From assembly GCA_973895155.1 (NCBI GenBank), contig OZ316891.1, forward strand, positions 18,102,095-18,166,094: a stretch of DNA of 64,000 nt, in the 5' to 3' direction. The stretch comes from Marsupella aquatica. Lineage: Eukaryota; Plantae; Marchantiophyta. A model generated the notes under the pieces. That model did not search any database. It saw nothing but the letters and a program-made list of their open reading frames with translations, and was not told where the DNA came from. Every line of letters begins with the position of its first letter. Position 1 is the first letter of the stretch. Positions 11,322-25,218 of the stretch are shown one piece after another. The translations under genes were made by a program, and so were the position numbers.

Positions 11322-13715
11322 CTATAGGAGGCGAAGATGAGCAGTATCATTCACACGCTGCACCTGCCAACCCGTACTGCCAGAATGCTTCAATACTGTC
11401 AGTGAGGTATTATCTATACATATTTGAGTAGTTCTGTGGGGGTCTGATCCAAGTAATCCTCTCAGTGCACATTTAATAGCCATAGCATGAGAAAAGACTG
11501 CCACACAATATGGACCCCTTCTTTGAAGAGGTTCAGGTTCTCTCCTTAATAAAATTCTGGGCAATCTGTTTCTTTTAGAAAAGTGATCAAGTAAAGCATC
11601 TTCTGGCTGATGGAAATCTTCTCCGTTGATAGAGCTGCATAAAGCAAAACGTTAAACTTGAGAAAATTTCGATCTGAACTTAGACTAAACCAGATCGAAC
11701 GACAAATATATAATATAAAAAACCATGAACAGAGAACCAAGGATCACACTAATCTTAGATACCACTATGATTGTGCAATAACAGAAAAATGCCAAGACCT
11801 CCAGAATGCATGACAACTCTCAACTATTGCGTTGCCAGAGCAATAATAACTCAACAGTGAATTCCCTTTTTTACACCGAGGCCCAAGGACTTGATATTTA
11901 GTATAGGTTGATACCTTGGGTGCTCCAACTCCATAACCTCTTTGCCGGCAGACTTCGATGATTCCAAGCTCTTGGGATCATTGACTGCAGTGATCTCCAA
12001 CTCCTTCGAAGGGTGAATTTGCATGGCAACATTGGGGCGCACAGTCCCTTTGTCCTTATCGCCCTTAGCTTCTTCTTGCAAGGCAATGGCAGCATGAGGC
12101 AGAAGGATGTTGTTCAGAAATTCCACCATGCGGAATTCTAATTGTCGTTGTGACTCCCCACCCGGGGCTCGAAAGTCAGGCACGGTACTGTTCATTAGTT
12201 GCAAGATTTCCCTTGTGTATACTTCCGTGCGAAGACGCCCTTCCCACTGTCCTTGACTTAACTCCTGCAGTGCTTCTACGAACTCGATCTGCTCTTCAGG
12301 AATTCCCAAAGCCTGCCATAGAAGTCAATAGATTTAGTCAAGCAAAGAACCGGAAGAGCGTGAAAATAAATCCATAGTCATGAGTGAACTGATGCCAGTA
12401 ACACCTTTATCAGTTAAACTACTATCTGAGTGACATGTGATTTTTCGAAGATTCCTGCAAGCTCTTCCATGCAAACTTTCAAAAACAGAGGCGTTTTTTA
12501 AAATAGATGTATTATTTGGATGAATTCCCTCCAGTGTAGTAGACGCAGTGCGAGGTAAGGGAAGGGCCTTATTGCCGTTCAATACTGCGAGGTTTCCTCA
12601 TTTCCATATGCTGGGCAGAGTACGACTTTAAGTAGAAATCACCATGATGTGTGCCCTTCCACACATCCTATGGAGAACATATGCATCAGCGTTTGATGTC
12701 ACTTCTGTTTCGTCTTTGATATTTACTGAAACCCATCGAAATGGGCGGATGTTGAAGGAAAAAACTTTTGGAAGCCCTAACTACCCATGTTATACCCCGT
12801 CCAAACTATATCGACTGGTTTCAATTGAGTCTCCCGGGGAGCTACATGTCATCTGACTCCGAATAAAATCTACAGTGGCAGCCCAGTATAAAGTACAGCT
12901 ACCGCCAGATTTGCAAAATTCAACACGTTCCCTGCTGGTCATAAGTTGGAAACGGAGATACGCTCCTGGAAACTAAATAGTGGAACTTCACAGTAAAGCA
13001 GAAATTACAATGGTGCCCTCGCAGAATTCGTGGCACCCAAGAGCGAAGAGAAAACAGGGCACTAATTTTTGTTCCTATGCTCTGGGAGGCACATTGGTCA
13101 TGGAAGAGATAAGGTATTGCGGGTATTTTTAGTACGGTGGTGACCTATATTATCTGCAATGCAGCTTCTTACCTGGCAGACAACCTCTGCGGTCTGCTTC
13201 GCCCGTTCCAATGGGGAGCAATACACTCCATCGAAGACCGCCCCAGTAGACCTCAGAAAGGCACCAAGTGCTAAGGCTTCGTGCCTTCCAGTTTCAGTCA
13301 AAGTAGCTGACAGCGACCTCCCTCCAATCAGCTCTGGCCGAATGTTGGCTGTGCTCTGTGCATGACGAATCAAGTAGACCTCGATGTGAAATTCCTGGGC
13401 TGCCAGCAGCCAGGATGGCAGAAAGTGGCCGGGCGAGATTGTCGTGCTCATCACGTTGTGGAATCGAGAGAGATGATTCATCGCAGGTGCTGAAATGGCG
13501 CTGGTTGGGGACAAGGACACTGGAGTCATGCCGGCGTTGTAGGGATCGGAATTTCGCATTGACGGGCCGAAAAAGGGAGATCTGCTCATGGAAATCTGAG
13601 GTGACAACGAAGAGGAGGAATGCTCAAAGGGGGACACCTCAGGCTCCTGCTCCAACTCCTCTTCCGCCTCCTCCTCCTCCTCCTCCTCCTCTGATGAAGA
13701 AAACACTGTCCCCAT
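11322..13715 (-). CDS. Histidine phosphatase / phosphoglycerate mutase-like protein (At3g26780-like), 3 exons: 13715-13173, 12312-11915, 11565-11322
   Basis: Acidic N-terminus followed by LEQEPE, VYLIRHAQS, SPLERA, ELSQGQWEG, APGGES, VFSHAMAIK and C-terminal GWQVQRVNDTAHLRLL. GT-AG introns keep the frame. Confidence 0.9.
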
Positions 13716-14185
13716 GGCTACTCTTGGAAGAACCAAACCTTTCACACCCCAAATGGACTCGAAAACAACCACCTCCAAGACCACCACAGCAACCACCTTT
13801 CCTCCGGGTCAGCGAGGACTCATTATGCGCTGAGCATATCGTCACATCCGCAGCACTGCACATGGTCTCACTACTTGCGACATTATCAAGATTATCATGA
13901 GGCTGACGAGAAGCGCAACAAATCAATCCCAGAGCCCGAATGGACGAAGCTGTCACTGATGAGCTCTCGAGCCCATGCAAAAGCAATACCGTCATATGTT
14001 GGTACCCGAAATTCTTTACTCGATACGTGAGTATGGCAAGCTCAAATCGAAGGACAACACATGATTCTGTCTGCAATTTTTCAAAAGCAGCTTTCTACTG
14101 TAACTCTCTCCGTCGCTCTCCCTCTCACTCACTCTCTCTCTATCTCTCACACCTCTCGGACTCGATGAATTCCACTGCTGCTACT

Positions 14186-14229
14186 GCTAGGCTAGGCCAG
14201 GCTAGGTAGGCTAGGCTAGGCTAGGCTAG
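14186..14229. repeat. (GCTAG)n microsatellite upstream of the phosphatase gene
   Basis: gctaggctaggccaggctaggtaggctaggctaggctaggctaga. Confidence 0.8.
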
Positions 14230-17200
14230 ATAAAAAGCTTACCCAGGTGGGTCATTGAGCAATGGAGCGAACATCTCTGGTAATCACGTATTTGAGAATC
14301 ACGTCTCTCTCCAACGAATGAATAAGGAATGAGTCGAGCAGGAAGTAAGGATGGAAGCCAAGGAAGGCGGTAGGCGAGTGGAGCGTTCAGCGTTGAAGCC
14401 AGGGTTGTGAATGAAAGGATTGTGGAGTGTTGAAGAAGCAGAATAACCCCTTTGCCTTCCGTGGTGTGTGATGGATTTATGCCTTTGCTTAACTCATACT
14501 CTACTTTGATCTAAATGTACCGAATGTAGGTTACCGGTGTGTCCCCATTTTTTTGAAAGTACCATCTTCCCATAATCGCATTTTTGAAAGTACCTCATAT
14601 TCCAGTAATCTCTTGCTAGGAAGTAACCTTTTTCGGGAGAGTGATTACTTACTATAATGAAAGTGTTGGGGGAGGTGCTAGCCTGAACCCGGCTCCAAGA
14701 AAGCTCAGAAAAAAAACTTGCCAGTCAGGTTTTCCTCACTTTGTGGTCACAGGGCTAGTAACCCCAGACCAGACAATCATTATCCCATATATAATTGCGA
14801 CCAAGAATACAGGTTACATGGGTGTAACCATTTCTTGAGGTACTTGTTATTTCCAGAATCTCTATGCCCGGAAACCACCATTTATGGAGGTACTTGTTAT
14901 CTCCATAATCTCTAGCCAGGAAAAGGCATGATTGGTAACCTTCTTCTAGGATGACAATTACTTAATATAAAGGAGGTCTTGGCAGGGGTTCTAGCATTAA
15001 CCCTGCTCCCTGAATGCTCAAAAACTCTTTCGGATGGCCATGGGTCAGCTTTTACTCACTTTCTGGCCATAGGGCTACAAGTTAGTAAACCCAACCCAGA
15101 CCGCCACTATACGATACGGAGTAGCATCTTGATTGGTGCAAGACCTGCCCAAAATATTAATAATTTTATTCCAGGTATACGGACCACAAAATCAGATGGA
15201 ATTCCAAAACCCACCATCTAGTTGTTTGTCTCCATGGGGCTTCGGATTAAGAATATCCTAAGTAGATGTGGCAGGAGGTCCTAGCTAAATATATGGTAAA
15301 GTAAAAACTGTACAATGTATTCATACTCTAATCCATAGTACTGTTTTTGTTTATTGGTGCACACAGGCAAGGAGGTTTGGAGGTGGGTGCCCTAGAATGA
15401 GGGGGTTTGTAAGAAATCTATGTGCATGTTGGTCAGAAAAGATTTCATGATGCTAGTCGTGGTATGGTGCCGTTTAAACTTCATCCTATACTAACTACTG
15501 AAGGAAGTTTCCAAGCTTCATATTACCGGCCATGGCTTTTGTGTGGGTTGTTTAAAAAGTATTGATTAAGTTTTTTTCACTAACCTCTAGACTGACTTGG
15601 CACATGATCAATTTTTCTTTGGCCTTGAAAAAACCAATTGAAATTCATTAAAAACAAACTAGCGTAGAACAGGGGTGGCCTGTAAAGGGGGTTGGCACCT
15701 GGGTGGACCAAAGGTCAAGGAGCCCAAAGGACCAGAGAGGCCAGAGGCCGGAGCCAGGGAGAAGCAGTCCTGACAAGAAAGGAAGCTAAACAATAAATTT
15801 CACTACTGCAAAAAGAGCGGCAAAACCCCAAAAGACTGGCCACACATGATCATTCCTTATGAGAGAAACTTATAGATTATGAATTGTGTAGTCCAAAGCT
15901 TTTATGTATGTTAGTGCATCAAGTTTCTAGATTTGACACCCCCAAATAATGATCCTCTTGTTTCCATGCCCGGTTGATTGGCCCTCTGCACTTGCAATGG
16001 CTTTCTTGTGTCAAGTAGTATTGAAGATAATTTAACGAGGAATGTAGTGAAACAACACCAAACAGCAAGAGTACAGTTCAATTAGTCTTCAAGGAAAACC
16101 CACCGAGTGTCTGGTTAAAAAGGGAAACGTGGTTAACAAGGGAAACGCTGCAAGGTGGAGGACATACCACCTGAGCAAGATTATTGATTACCTTAGGAAA
16201 AGACACTTATGGAACATTATAACTATTTTTTTGGGTGTAAGGAGACTGCCAGTACCTTGTTGAGCATAGACGACATTCGTAACGGCAAGCCCATAAACCA
16301 TCCAACGCACAAGAGTCGACACAGAGAGATACGTGGCTCACCTCCACATGAGGCTACGTCCACGGGAACACACAAGAGCTTTACTGCACTCTAGGCCGAC
16401 CGGCCATACCAAGCATCCACAGCACAAGCTCTCCCTATCTCTCAACTAGCTCCATAACAATGAGCCTAAGTTCCACCAGGGTCTAGCATCAGCCCTGGCT
16501 ATATACACAACAACACTACCGCTAACATTAGCTAAGTCCTAACCCGAGTTAGACTAACTCTGGTTAGCTCATGAGTCACAAGACTAGAGCAATATCTAAC
16601 AAACTCCCCATTGACTCTTGTATTGGGGACTGGACTAAATGCTACCATATGGAATCCTCAACGGGAACTTCTAGACAATCACCAAACTAGGTCTCCCCCT
16701 AAAAACCACAAGGGTTAACTAAGGGTTAACTAGAACTAAGCCGTAGCCATACAGGAATGAGTAATCCATATACAAATAGTCACACATTGCTAAATAACTC
16801 TACTTGCATTACAATTGCAAAACCTGCAAAGTAGCACGGTGTCTTGAGAAACTCTCCAAAGGAATCACTTTGGTAAAGGCATCAGCGGGATTGAGCTTTC
16901 CATCAATCTTGACTAGCTCAAAAGTTTTATCAGACACTGCTTGCCTGATAAAATGGTACCTGATATCAATTTGCTTCACCCTACTATCTATCACCTGGTT
17001 AGCAGCCAAGTGAAGAGCACTCTGACTATCACAGTTTAGAGTCATTTTGCCATGCTCTAAACCCATCTTCGCGATCAACTTATCCAACCAAATTGCTTCC
17101 TTTGCTGCTTCTGTTGCTGCAACATACTCTGCTTCTGTAGTAGACTGAGAAATGCACTTCTGCAAGGTAGATTTCCAACTGATACATCCTCCTCCAAGAG

Positions 17201-19253
17201 TGTATACAAACCCAGTTGTAGACCTCCTTGTTCCAGACAGCCTCCATAGTCAGAATCTACATAGCCAACTAACGTTCTATCTGATCTGTTATCAAATAGT
17301 AATCCATAGTCCTGTGTACCCTTCACATACATGAGAATCCACTTCACAGCTTCCCAGTGTACCTTCCCTGGATTTGACATGAATCTGCTAACCTTGCCCA
17401 TCGCTAGGGCCAAGTCAGGCCTAGTACAAGTCATCAAATACATCAAACTGCCTACTGCCTTCTCATAAGGAATCTTAGCCATCAAACCTTTCTCCACACC
17501 ATTCGTAGGAGAGAAAGCCGATGATAGCTTGAAATGTGAAGCTAAAGGAATACTCACTGGCTTGCAGTTCTTCATGTTGAATCGTGCAAGTACTTTCCTC
17601 GCGTACTGGCCTTGACTCAAGCACAACTATCCAGTATCAGAGTTCCTAAAAATCTCCATCCCTAAGATCCTCTTGGCTTTACCAAGATCCTTCCTCCTGA
17701 ATTCAGCACTCAATTTTGCCTTGAGACTGTCAACCTCAGATTGATCTTTAGCCACAACCAGCATGTCATCCACATAGATCACCAGAATGATGAAACCAAA
17801 TACATCATTCTTGACTGATTTCGTATACACACAAGGATCATACACCATCCTTGTAAAACCTTGAGCAAACATGAAATCATCAAACCGCTTGTTCCACTGT
17901 TTGGGAGATTGCTTCAATCCATACAAGGACTTGAGCAATCTGCAAAATAAGTTCTCTTGGCCCTTCTTCATAAAGCCCAGTGGCTGTCTCATGAAGATCA
18001 ACTCTTCCAAGTTGCCATAGAGAAAAGCAGTAACAACATCCATCTGATCCATCACCAGACCAAAAAACACAACAAGCTGACACAAGATCCGAATTATGGA
18101 ATACTTAGCCACCGGTGAAAAGACCTCATTGTAGTCCACTCCTTTCTCCTGAGTGAACCCCGACCTTGGCAACAAGCCTTGCCTTGTAGATCTTTTCTCC
18201 ACCCTCTGAAGGACTGTCCTTCAACTTATAAATCCACTTGCTGTCTACCACTTGCTGACCTCTTGGAAGCTCCACCAGCTCCCATGTCTTGTTGTCACTC
18301 AAAGATTGCAACTCCCTCTGCATTGCTGCATTCCACTCATGCTTCTACTCTGAAGCACAAGCCTCACTATACGAAGAAGGCTCTCCTTCTTCCAAGATCA
18401 AAGCCATGTCATCATCATCAAATGCAATGTCAATATCATCTAGCTTAGATGAGTCTGCCCATCGACCATACCTGGTAGGAGCTCTAGTAGAACGACTGAA
18501 AGTTCTTCTAGTAGATGACTCAGGCTGATCTACTGCTGCTGCTGGTTGAATTTAAGGTACCCCAGCAACAATCTGCTCCTCTTGTTTCATCACAGGAACC
18601 AGCTCCAAGCCCAGAGCTTCTCCATCTCTCCTGTCATGAACTGCATCATGACTAATCTCCCCCTCAACCCGGTCCGGGATGGGAGATTTCCCCTTGTCAG
18701 TATGGGAGTCCTGAGAACTCTCCCCCTCCTTTGATGATCTGGATTCATTAAAGGACACATCTCCACTGACAATTAGCTTACTGGTTACTGGATCCCATCA
18801 CCTATAACCCTTCACACCTTTTTGATAGCGAAGGAAAATGCACTTCTTCGACTTGGACTCCAGCTAAGTGGATCAAAGCTGGGAAGGTGTAAGCACATAA
18901 ATATCACATCCAAAAATTCTCAAATGTGAGTAATCTGCTGGACGCCCGTACCTCATTTCAAATGGCGTCTTGAATCCAATAGAACTGGATGGAGAAAAAT
19001 TTACCAAAAGCTGTAGTGTTGACAGCTTCAGCCCAAAACTCATGTGGTAAGCATGATTGACTCAACATACTCCTCGAGCGATCCAATAGTATTCGGTTGA
19101 GTCTCTCAGAAACATCATTCTGCTGAGGAGTATAACTTATTGTGAGATGGCGGATAATCCTCTGCTCCTTACAATACGTTCCAAATTCCCTAGAACTGTA
19201 TTCACCGCCGTTATCCGATCGAAGATATCTCACCTTATTACCAGTCTGATTCT

Positions 19254-22200
19254 TGTCGAACTAAGACGTCATTCGCAACGACCATACAACCATGACTTAT
19301 TCCATGCACACGTAGTCGACACAATCTCTACGTGGTTCACCTGTTCTCCAAGGCTACGTCCACACGAACACTCAAGCTTTACTTCAAGAGTAAATGAACA
19401 CACATGCTCTCCCTCTTCCTCAAGTTGCTCTGTTACAATCAGTAAGCACCACACACCAGCGGCTTACACTAGCCCTGGTATATACAAGGTCACACACGAC
19501 TAACCTAACCTCAGCTAAGATCCTAACTGTGGTTAGTCTAAGTGCCATAACCTATGAGTCACAAGACTAAGAGCAATCCTTAACAAACTCCCCCTTGACT
19601 CTAGTCTTGGGGACTGCAATTTCTGCTATCCATATGAGATACTCAACGGGAAATTCTAGACAATCACCTAAAACCATAGGTGTCCCCCTAAAAACCATTT
19701 AAGGTTAACTAAGGGTTAACTAGAATTAAGCCGTAGCCATAACAGGATTGAATAACCCATATACAGAAATTACATATTGTTAAGTTACTCTACTTGTGCT
19801 GCAAATGCAAAACTTGCAAAGTAGCACGGTGTCTTGAGTAACTCTCCAAAGGAATCACTTTGGTAAAAGCATCAGCCGGGTTGAGCTTTCCATCAATCTT
19901 GACTAGCTCAAACATTTTATCAAACACTGCTTGCCTAATAAAATGGTACCTGATGTCAATGTGTTTCACCCTGCTATCCATAACCTGGTTAATAGCTAGG
20001 TGAAGCGCACTTTGGCTGTCACAATGAAGAGTCATTTTTCCATGCTCCAATCCCATCTCAGTGACCAGCTTATCCAACCAAATTGCTTCCTTTGCTACTT
20101 CTGCTGCTGCAACATATTCTGCTTCTGTAGTAGACTGAGATACACACTTCTGCAAGGTAGATCTCCAACTTATGCATCCTCTTCCAAGAGTAAACACATA
20201 CCCAGTCGTTGACCTCCTTGTTTCCAGACAGCCTCCGTAGTCAGAATCTACATAGCCAACCAAAGATTTGGTTTTGTTTGATCTACTATCAAACAACAGA
20301 CCATAGTCTATTGTGCCCTTAAGATACCTGAGAATCCATTTCACAGCCTCCCAATGTATCTTTCATGGATTTGACATGAATCTACTCACTTTGCCCATTG
20401 CTAGGGCTAGATCAGGCCTGGTACATGTCATCAAATACATTAGACTGCCCACTGCCTTCTCATAAGGAACCTTAGTCATCAAGCCTCTCTCCACTGGATC
20501 CGTGGGGCAGAAAGCCAATGATAACTTGAAATGTGGAGCCAAAGGAATACTTACTGGCTTACAATTTTCCATGTTGAATCTTGCAAGTACCTTTTCAGCA
20601 TACTTGCCTTGATTCAGCCACAATTGTCCAGTTTCAAAGTTCCTCGTAATCTCCATACCTAAGATCCTCTTGGCTTTCCCAAGATCCTTCATTCGGAATT
20701 CAGAACTCAATTTTGCTTTGAGTTTGTCAACCTCAGTTTGATCCTTAGCCATAATCAACATGTCATCCACATAGAGCACCAGAATGAGCAAACCAAATAC
20801 ACCATTCATGATTGATTTCGTATACACACAAGGGTCATACACCATCCTAGTGAATCCTTGTGCAAGCATGAAATCATCAAACCGCTTGTTCCACTGTCGA
20901 GGAGCTTGCTTCAATCCATACAAGGACTTAAGCAACCTGCAAACTAAACTCTCTTGGCCCTTCTTTACAAAGCCCAGTAGTTGCCTCATGAAAATTTGTT
21001 CTTCCAAGGTGCCATAGAGAAAAGCAGTAACAACATCCATTTGATCTAACACCAGATCAAAAAACACAACAAGTTGACACAAAATTCGTATCGTGGAATA
21101 CTTGGCAACTGGAGAGAAGATCTCATTGTAATCCACTCCCTTCTCTTGAGTGAATCCCTTGGCAACAAGCCTTGCCTTGTATATCTTGTCTCCTCCATCT
21201 GAAGAGTTGTCCTTCAGCTTGTAAATCCACTTGCTATCCACCACTTGTTGATCACTTGGCAGTTGCACCAACTCCCATGTTTTGTTGTCACTTAAAGATT
21301 GCAACTCGCTGCATTCCATTCATCTTTCTCGTCTGAAATGCATGCCTCATGATAAGAAGAAGGTTTCCTTCTTCCAAGATCAGTGCTCTGTCATCATCTT
21401 CAGGTGCAATGTTAACATCATCTAACCTTGATGAATCTGTCCATTGTCCATACCTTGTAGGAGCTCGAGTAGTACGTCTTGATTTTCTAGCTGATGATTC
21501 TGGTTGATCTTGTTCTGTTGGTTGAATTTGAGGTATTTCCAACAACAACTTGCTCCTCTTGTTCCAATACCGGAACCAGCTCCATTCTCGGAGCACCTCC
21601 TTCATTTATGTCATGAAAACTTTCATGACCAATCTCCCCCACAACATGGTCCAGGATAGGAGATTTACCTTTGTCAGTACGGGAAGCCTGAGCATTCTCC
21701 CCCTCCTTTGATGATCTGGATTTATTAAAGAATACATCTCTACTGCCAAACAACGTACAAGCTTCTGGATCCCAAAGCCTATAACCTTTCACACCTGGTT
21801 GATAACCAAGAAAAAGATACTTCTTGGAAGTAGAATCTAGTTTAGATCGATTCTGCTTAGGTGTGAGAGCATATGCATCACTTCCAAAGACTCTCAAAAC
21901 CTGATAGTCTGCGTGCCATCCATACCTCATTTCAAACGGCGTCTTGAAATTGATTGCACTTGAAGGAGAAAGATTTACCAAATAAGCTACCGTATTTATA
22001 GCTTCAGCCCAAAATTCATGCGATAAACCTGATTGGCTCAACATACTCCTCGATCGCTCCAATAGTGTTCGGTTTAGCCGCTCACAAACACCATTCTGTT
22101 GAGGAGTATAAACTGTCGTGAGATGACGAGTAATCCCTTGCTCTGCACAATATAGTTCAAACTCACTTGAACTGTACTCCCCGCCGTTATCTGATCGCAG

Positions 22201-25200
22201 ATATCTCACCTTGGATCCAGTCTGATTCTCAATTTGGGCTTTCCACTTCTTAAAAGTGCCAAAAACTTCAGACTTGGCGTGTAGAAATGTGATCCACACA
22301 TACCGTGAGTAATCATCAATGAACGTGACATAATACAATTTTCCAGAAAGTGAGGGAGTTGGGGCTGGACCCCACACATCACTATGTACATACTCTAAGT
22401 ATAGCTTTGGTATTGTGAGTTCCAACACCAAAGGTTCTCCTGTGCTGCTTCCCAAGCACATAGTGTTCACAAAAATCTAGCTTAGTAGATTCCAAATTAA
22501 AAAGAAGTTCTTTCCTGCGAAGTACCGCCAAACCCTTTTCACTCATGTGTCCCAATCTGCAGTGCCATAACTGAGTCATCTCGCCTTGAGATCTAGTTAC
22601 ATTGGCTTCTTCACAAATCATGTTGCCCTCCAACAAATATAGATTCCTGTGCCGCTTACCCTTCATGACAACCTTATCTCTAATTGACACTTGAAGAATA
22701 CTATCAGCAGAACTCCACCGACATCCATTTGTTTCCAGCATTCCAAGAGAAATCAAGTTCTTTTTCATGTCAGGTATGTGTCTGACATTACTCACTATTC
22801 GCACAGCTCCATCAAACATCCGAATTTTTACGGATCCAATTCCAACAATTTGACAAGGATGATCATTCCCCATCAACACGGAACCGGTTGATACTGAGTA
22901 AGAAGTAAAAAACTCTTTCATACAACAAATATGATAGGTACAGGCACAATCTAAAATCCATTCATCACCGTTGTTACTGGATGAAATGCAAAGGGCAACA
23001 TCTGGACTTCACAAGATTTCATCATCAAGCAAGTCAATCATATCAACATCAGTGACTGCGTTCGCTGATGGTTGATGAGTTTGCTTGACTTGACAGTCTC
23101 GTTTGATGTGGCCAGGCTTGTTACATTTCCAACATATAATTTGTTTCCTTTCTAGAGATTTCTCTCTAGACCTGGATCTAGACTTAGACCAAGTCTTCTC
23201 CTTGCCTCTATTCCGTGAGGGGTACATTTGTGAAAAGGACCTGTTTTCACTAGTCATCCGTTGTTGAGTCCTCCCGCGGTTCACATTCAATGCACTGCCA
23301 GATGAAGATGGTGTCTGGGCATGACCCAGTTTCTTCTGTGCATCATCTGACAACAAAGAGCTTACCACCTCATCATATGAAATGGTTTTGAGATCTCTAT
23401 ACAAGAGAACCTGCTTCAAACTTTGATACGATGGGGGTAAGGAATTGAGAAGAAGCAATGCCTTATCTTCATCTTCCACTCCCTTGCCAAGATTTGACAA
23501 ATCTATAGCTAGGCTGTCGAATTCATCCAAGTGATCTCGAAGCTTGCCTCCTTCTTTTAGCCTCAAGCTCATCAAGAGAGACTTCTTGTACAACCGATCT
23601 GAGGTATCCTCTCGGTAGTACTTCTCTCTGAGGGCTTTGAATAAGGATACGCAATCCTCGTAGTCATCCAGCTTCTTAATGATATGCGGCTTCAGATACA
23701 GCATAACCGCATTCACAACAATCACTTGCTCTTGCCTCCATTTTCTCAATGGGATCTCCTTCTCATTGCTAGACTCCTCCCGAGTCGATAGCAGATGATC
23801 TAGGCCCATAGCACGAAGAATTCCCTTAACCTACTTTTCCCATAGCAAATAATCTGTGTGCCCATCATATTTTTCCACCTCAAACTTGACACCTCCAAAC
23901 TTGGATGCCATCGTTGTCCTCCCAACGTTCTCCACGTGCTATTGCTGTGCTGCTCCCTATATGCTTTTTCCTTCCTTCCTTCTCGTTGACTCAAATCCAA
24001 ATCACGAAAAAATATCGTTTTTCGCAACTTTCCAAAAAACTTGAAACTTATCATCGCCACTTAGCCCACCAACCTAGCAAGCTAACGATGAAATCCAAAA
24101 TTAAAATCGAGTTTCGACGAAAAACTTTTTCACGTTTCGGTCGGGCTGGGTAAAACTCAAAAATTCTTCCCCGTTTTGACCACCTTGGGGAATAAGAAAA
24201 ATTCCAAGTACCACCCGTCGTCGGAAATTCAAATCGAGTGGTGCACCGCGCTGCTAGCTTCAGTGGCTACGTTCTTGCCAAAAAAGATCCAAAAAAAGTT
24301 ACCGTTCGGACCTTGGAATCTTTGACTAAAGGCACCGCGATCTCTCCGTTGAGCCGTTGCACTTCCCGTTTCTTCCTCTGAGTTGAACGCAACATCAAGA
24401 AACCCCGCTTCAGTCAAAAGAAGACTCCATAGCCAGTTAGAAACTCAGAACGACTCTTTTGCTTGGTACATCGCACTCACTACACCCTCGATAGCAAACC
24501 AGCTACCGAAAATGATCAGCTTTGCCCGATCTACGATTTGAGCTAAAGGTTGTGATGCCTCGTGCACCACAAAGCTCACACTGTCGAGAAAACGATCTCA
24601 GTTCCCCCCCAAAAGAACCGTCGAAGAAAAACCATCGAACACGAATCACAAAAAATCCAAAACGACGGAAACGTGAATTCCTCCACACCACAAACTCCGT
24701 TCAGAGATTTCTTTGCACCGTCGGAAAGCCCTTGCCCCGATCTATCCGTTGAGCCCAACACCTCAAAGTTCCATGCGACAGAACTCCATGAAATCCACCA
24801 ACTCTAACCGCTGGAAAAACCGTCACCAACACGTCACAAATTTTTTGATCACCTCAACGTCACCTCCCAGGCTTGCTCTGATACCAATTGTTGAACTAAG
24901 ACGTCATTCGCAACGACCATACAACCATGACTTATTCCATGCACACGTAGTCGACACAATCTCTACGTGGTTCACCTGTTCTCCAAGGCTACGTCCACAC
25001 GAACACTCAAGCTTTATTTCAAGAGTAAACGAACACACATGCTCAAGTTATTCCGTTACAATCAGTAAGCACCACACACCAACGGCTTACACTAGCCCTG
25101 GTATATACAAGGTCACACACGACTAACCTAACCTCAGTTAAGATTCTAACTGTGGTTAGCCTAAGTACCATAACCTATGAGTCACAAGACTAAGAGCAAT

Positions 25201-25218
25201 CCTTAACAATCCTTAACA
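19254..25218 (-). mobile_element. Inner full-length Ty1/Copia element nested in the integrase of the outer element
   Basis: LTRs at 19254-19585 and 24889-25208 (plus a 10-bp terminal duplication to 25218). TSD ATTCT at 19249-19253 and 25219-25223. Met-tRNA PBS TGGTATCAGAGC at 24886-24875. PPT next to 19586. gag (CWKCNKPGHIKRDC)-PR-INT-RT-RH from ~23911 to 19790, with stops and frameshifts. Confidence 0.95.

Noticed and set aside
13358-14076. Pro-rich and Gly-rich ORFs overlapping the phosphatase start
   Set aside because: Alternative-frame readings of the (GAG)n poly-Glu tract.
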